Shown here in pieces: positions 25,872 through 27,146 of a DNA stretch of 27,146 nt. The stretch is taken from positions 99,109-126,254 of IMG/VR virus record IMGVR_UViG_3300029474_000225; one strand, given 5' to 3'. Numbering within the stretch: position 1 is the stretch's first letter; each line of letters opens with the position of its first letter. The notes under the pieces are model-generated. The model ran no database searches. It saw only the letters and a list, made by a program, of their open reading frames with translations, and was not told where the DNA came from. Origin of the DNA: a virus (taxonomy: Duplodnaviria; Heunggongvirae; Uroviricota; Caudoviricetes). The position numbers and the translations under genes are program-made.

Positions 25872-27146
25872 TTGGGCAAAGATCTTAAAGGAAAAGAATT
25901 GGGACAAGGAATAATACAGAAAAAGAATGGGAGGTATGAAGCAAGATATATAGATAGATTTGGTAAAAGGGTATCAATTTCAGGCAGAGATCTAAAAGAT
26001 GTTAAAAAGAGATATAATGAAGCAATTTACGAAAATGACAAGCAAATAAACGTAAAAGACAATATAACACTTGACGAATGGTATAAAAAATGGATGAACG
26101 TTTACAAGTTTGATATTATTCGTGAAAACACAAAAAGACATTATAATAATGTATATTATAAGCATATATCTCCGAGTCTTGGGAATTTTCAATTAGGAAG
26201 TATTACTCAATATCAAATCAAACAACTTATCAAAGAATTAAAGAGTAGTGGGTATCAATACGAAACGTGCAACAAGGTAAAAATTCTTCTTGTTGATATT
26301 TTTAACAAAGCTATGATTAACGAATATGTGCGAAAGAATCCAGCAAAAGGAATATCATTAAAAAGAGATGAAGAAAAAAGTGTAAGAGTTTTGTCACAGG
26401 ATGAACAAACGGTATTCTTTGATTGTTGTAAGGGAACATTTTATGACAATCTGTTTGTTACGGCAGTATCAACAGGAATGAGGATTGGAGAACTTGCTGC
26501 TTTAAGATGGACAGATGTTGACTGGGATAGTAGAGTAATTCATGTAACTAGAACTCTCGTATATCAGAAATATGAAAACGACAGTCAAAAGGAATATCAT
26601 TTTGAAAAGCCAAAGACAAGAACTAGCTTAAGAGATATACCAATCAACAGACAGTGTGAAATAGCATTAAAGAAACAATTTATTCAAAAGTCTGTTGTTG
26701 CTACTAAGCAACCCATTACAAAGAAAATTGACGATAAATATGCTGATTTGTTATTTACATCAAAATTCAACACACCATTAAATTCGCAAGTTGTATGTCA
26801 AGCAATTAACAAAATTATAGAAGAGGTAAATCTTACGAAAGATTATCTGGATGAAATAGAGCCATTTTCTGCACATTGTTTTCGCCACACATTTGCGACA
26901 CGTTGTTTTGAAGCTGGTATTGCACCAAAGACAGTACAAGCATATCTAGGACACTCATCTCTACAAATGACAATGGATTTGTATACATCAGTTATGCCAA
27001 AACAGATGGAGACAGAGATGGATAAAGTGTCTAAGGAGCTTGATCGAATTTCAGAATATGGCGATGAATTAGCAGAAAAACAGTTCGAAAATATGTCTTC
27101 AAATAACAAAATTGTTTCTTTCCGTGGAGATTCAATGGTGGTATAA
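25872..27146 (+). CDS. int: Tyrosine integrase with Tn916-like N-terminal arm-binding domain
   Basis: TTG 25872 after AAGGAGG; GKDLKGKELG.G..Q.KNGRY.ARY; catalytic TGMRIGE (R), KPKT (K), HCFRH, LGH and DLY (Y). Confidence 0.93.
   Translation: MGKDLKGKELGQGIIQKKNGRYEARYIDRFGKRVSISGRDLKDVKKRYNEAIYENDKQINVKDNITLDEWYKKWMNVYKFDIIRENTKRHYNNVYYKHISPSLGNFQLGSITQYQIKQLIKELKSSGYQYETCNKVKILLVDIFNKAMINEYVRKNPAKGISLKRDEEKSVRVLSQDEQTVFFDCCKGTFYDNLFVTAVSTGMRIGELAALRWTDVDWDSRVIHVTRTLVYQKYENDSQKEYHFEKPKTRTSLRDIPINRQCEIALKKQFIQKSVVATKQPITKKIDDKYADLLFTSKFNTPLNSQVVCQAINKIIEEVNLTKDYLDEIEPFSAHCFRHTFATRCFEAGIAPKTVQAYLGHSSLQMTMDLYTSVMPKQMETEMDKVSKELDRISEYGDELAEKQFENMSSNNKIVSFRGDSMVV

Larger units (their letters stand above)
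1..27146 (+). mobile_element. Replication, nucleotide metabolism and integration arm of a large temperate (SPbeta-like gene order) phage or prophage
   Basis: Co-oriented SSB-AAA-helicase-primase-RecJ-DnaE cluster, ligase, orphan MTase, nrdDG, dut, xis-int. No virion genes in the window, so a phage-plasmid or ICE-like element is not excluded. Confidence 0.85.

Noticed and set aside
87..27109. All minus-strand ORFs and short alternative-frame plus-strand ORFs nested in large genes
   Set aside because: They are shadows of well-supported + strand genes with no recognisable motifs.
1..27146. CRISPR array, tRNA/rRNA, DGR or retron, replication-origin iterons
   Set aside because: No regularly spaced repeats, cloverleafs, reverse transcriptase or iteron clusters seen by eye; subtle ncRNAs cannot be excluded without covariance searches.

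Overview
AT-rich (roughly 30% GC by eye), gene-dense segment with all credible genes on the + strand. It reads as the DNA replication and nucleotide metabolism arm of a large temperate phage or prophage of an anaerobic Firmicute (Clostridia/Lachnospiraceae-like host inferred from class III RNR, strong GGAGG RBSs and the HPr-like family). The first 12.9 kb is a self-contained replisome in an order resembling SPbeta yorF-yorL: SSB-like, AAA/Sak4-like ATPase, Zn-finger protein, DnaB-like helicase, Toprim primase, RecJ, DnaE, then RecD2. An accessory tract (12.9-20.7 kb) follows with a GNAT-like protein, an N6/N4 DNA methyltransferase, a divergent ThyX-fold protein, an ATP-dependent ligase, an SH3b cell-wall protein, an HPr-like protein, a guanylate-kinase-like protein, a frameshifted NDT-like gene and several small ORFs. 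Next come nrdD (LAGLIDADG intein placed immediately before the catalytic Cys), nrdG, dut, and a Tn916-type xis-int pair whose stop codon is the last base of the window. The most notable unexplained structure is a short quasi-palindromic site, [GT]AA[AT]-N6-TTTC, recurring between stop codons and the next RBS across the accessory tract. Two copies extend into a ~35-bp direct repeat bracketing the methyltransferase gene, suggesting a gene-cassette exchange system (or an operator array). No CRISPR array, tRNA or rRNA was seen. Family assignments come from motif recognition only; no database searches were run.
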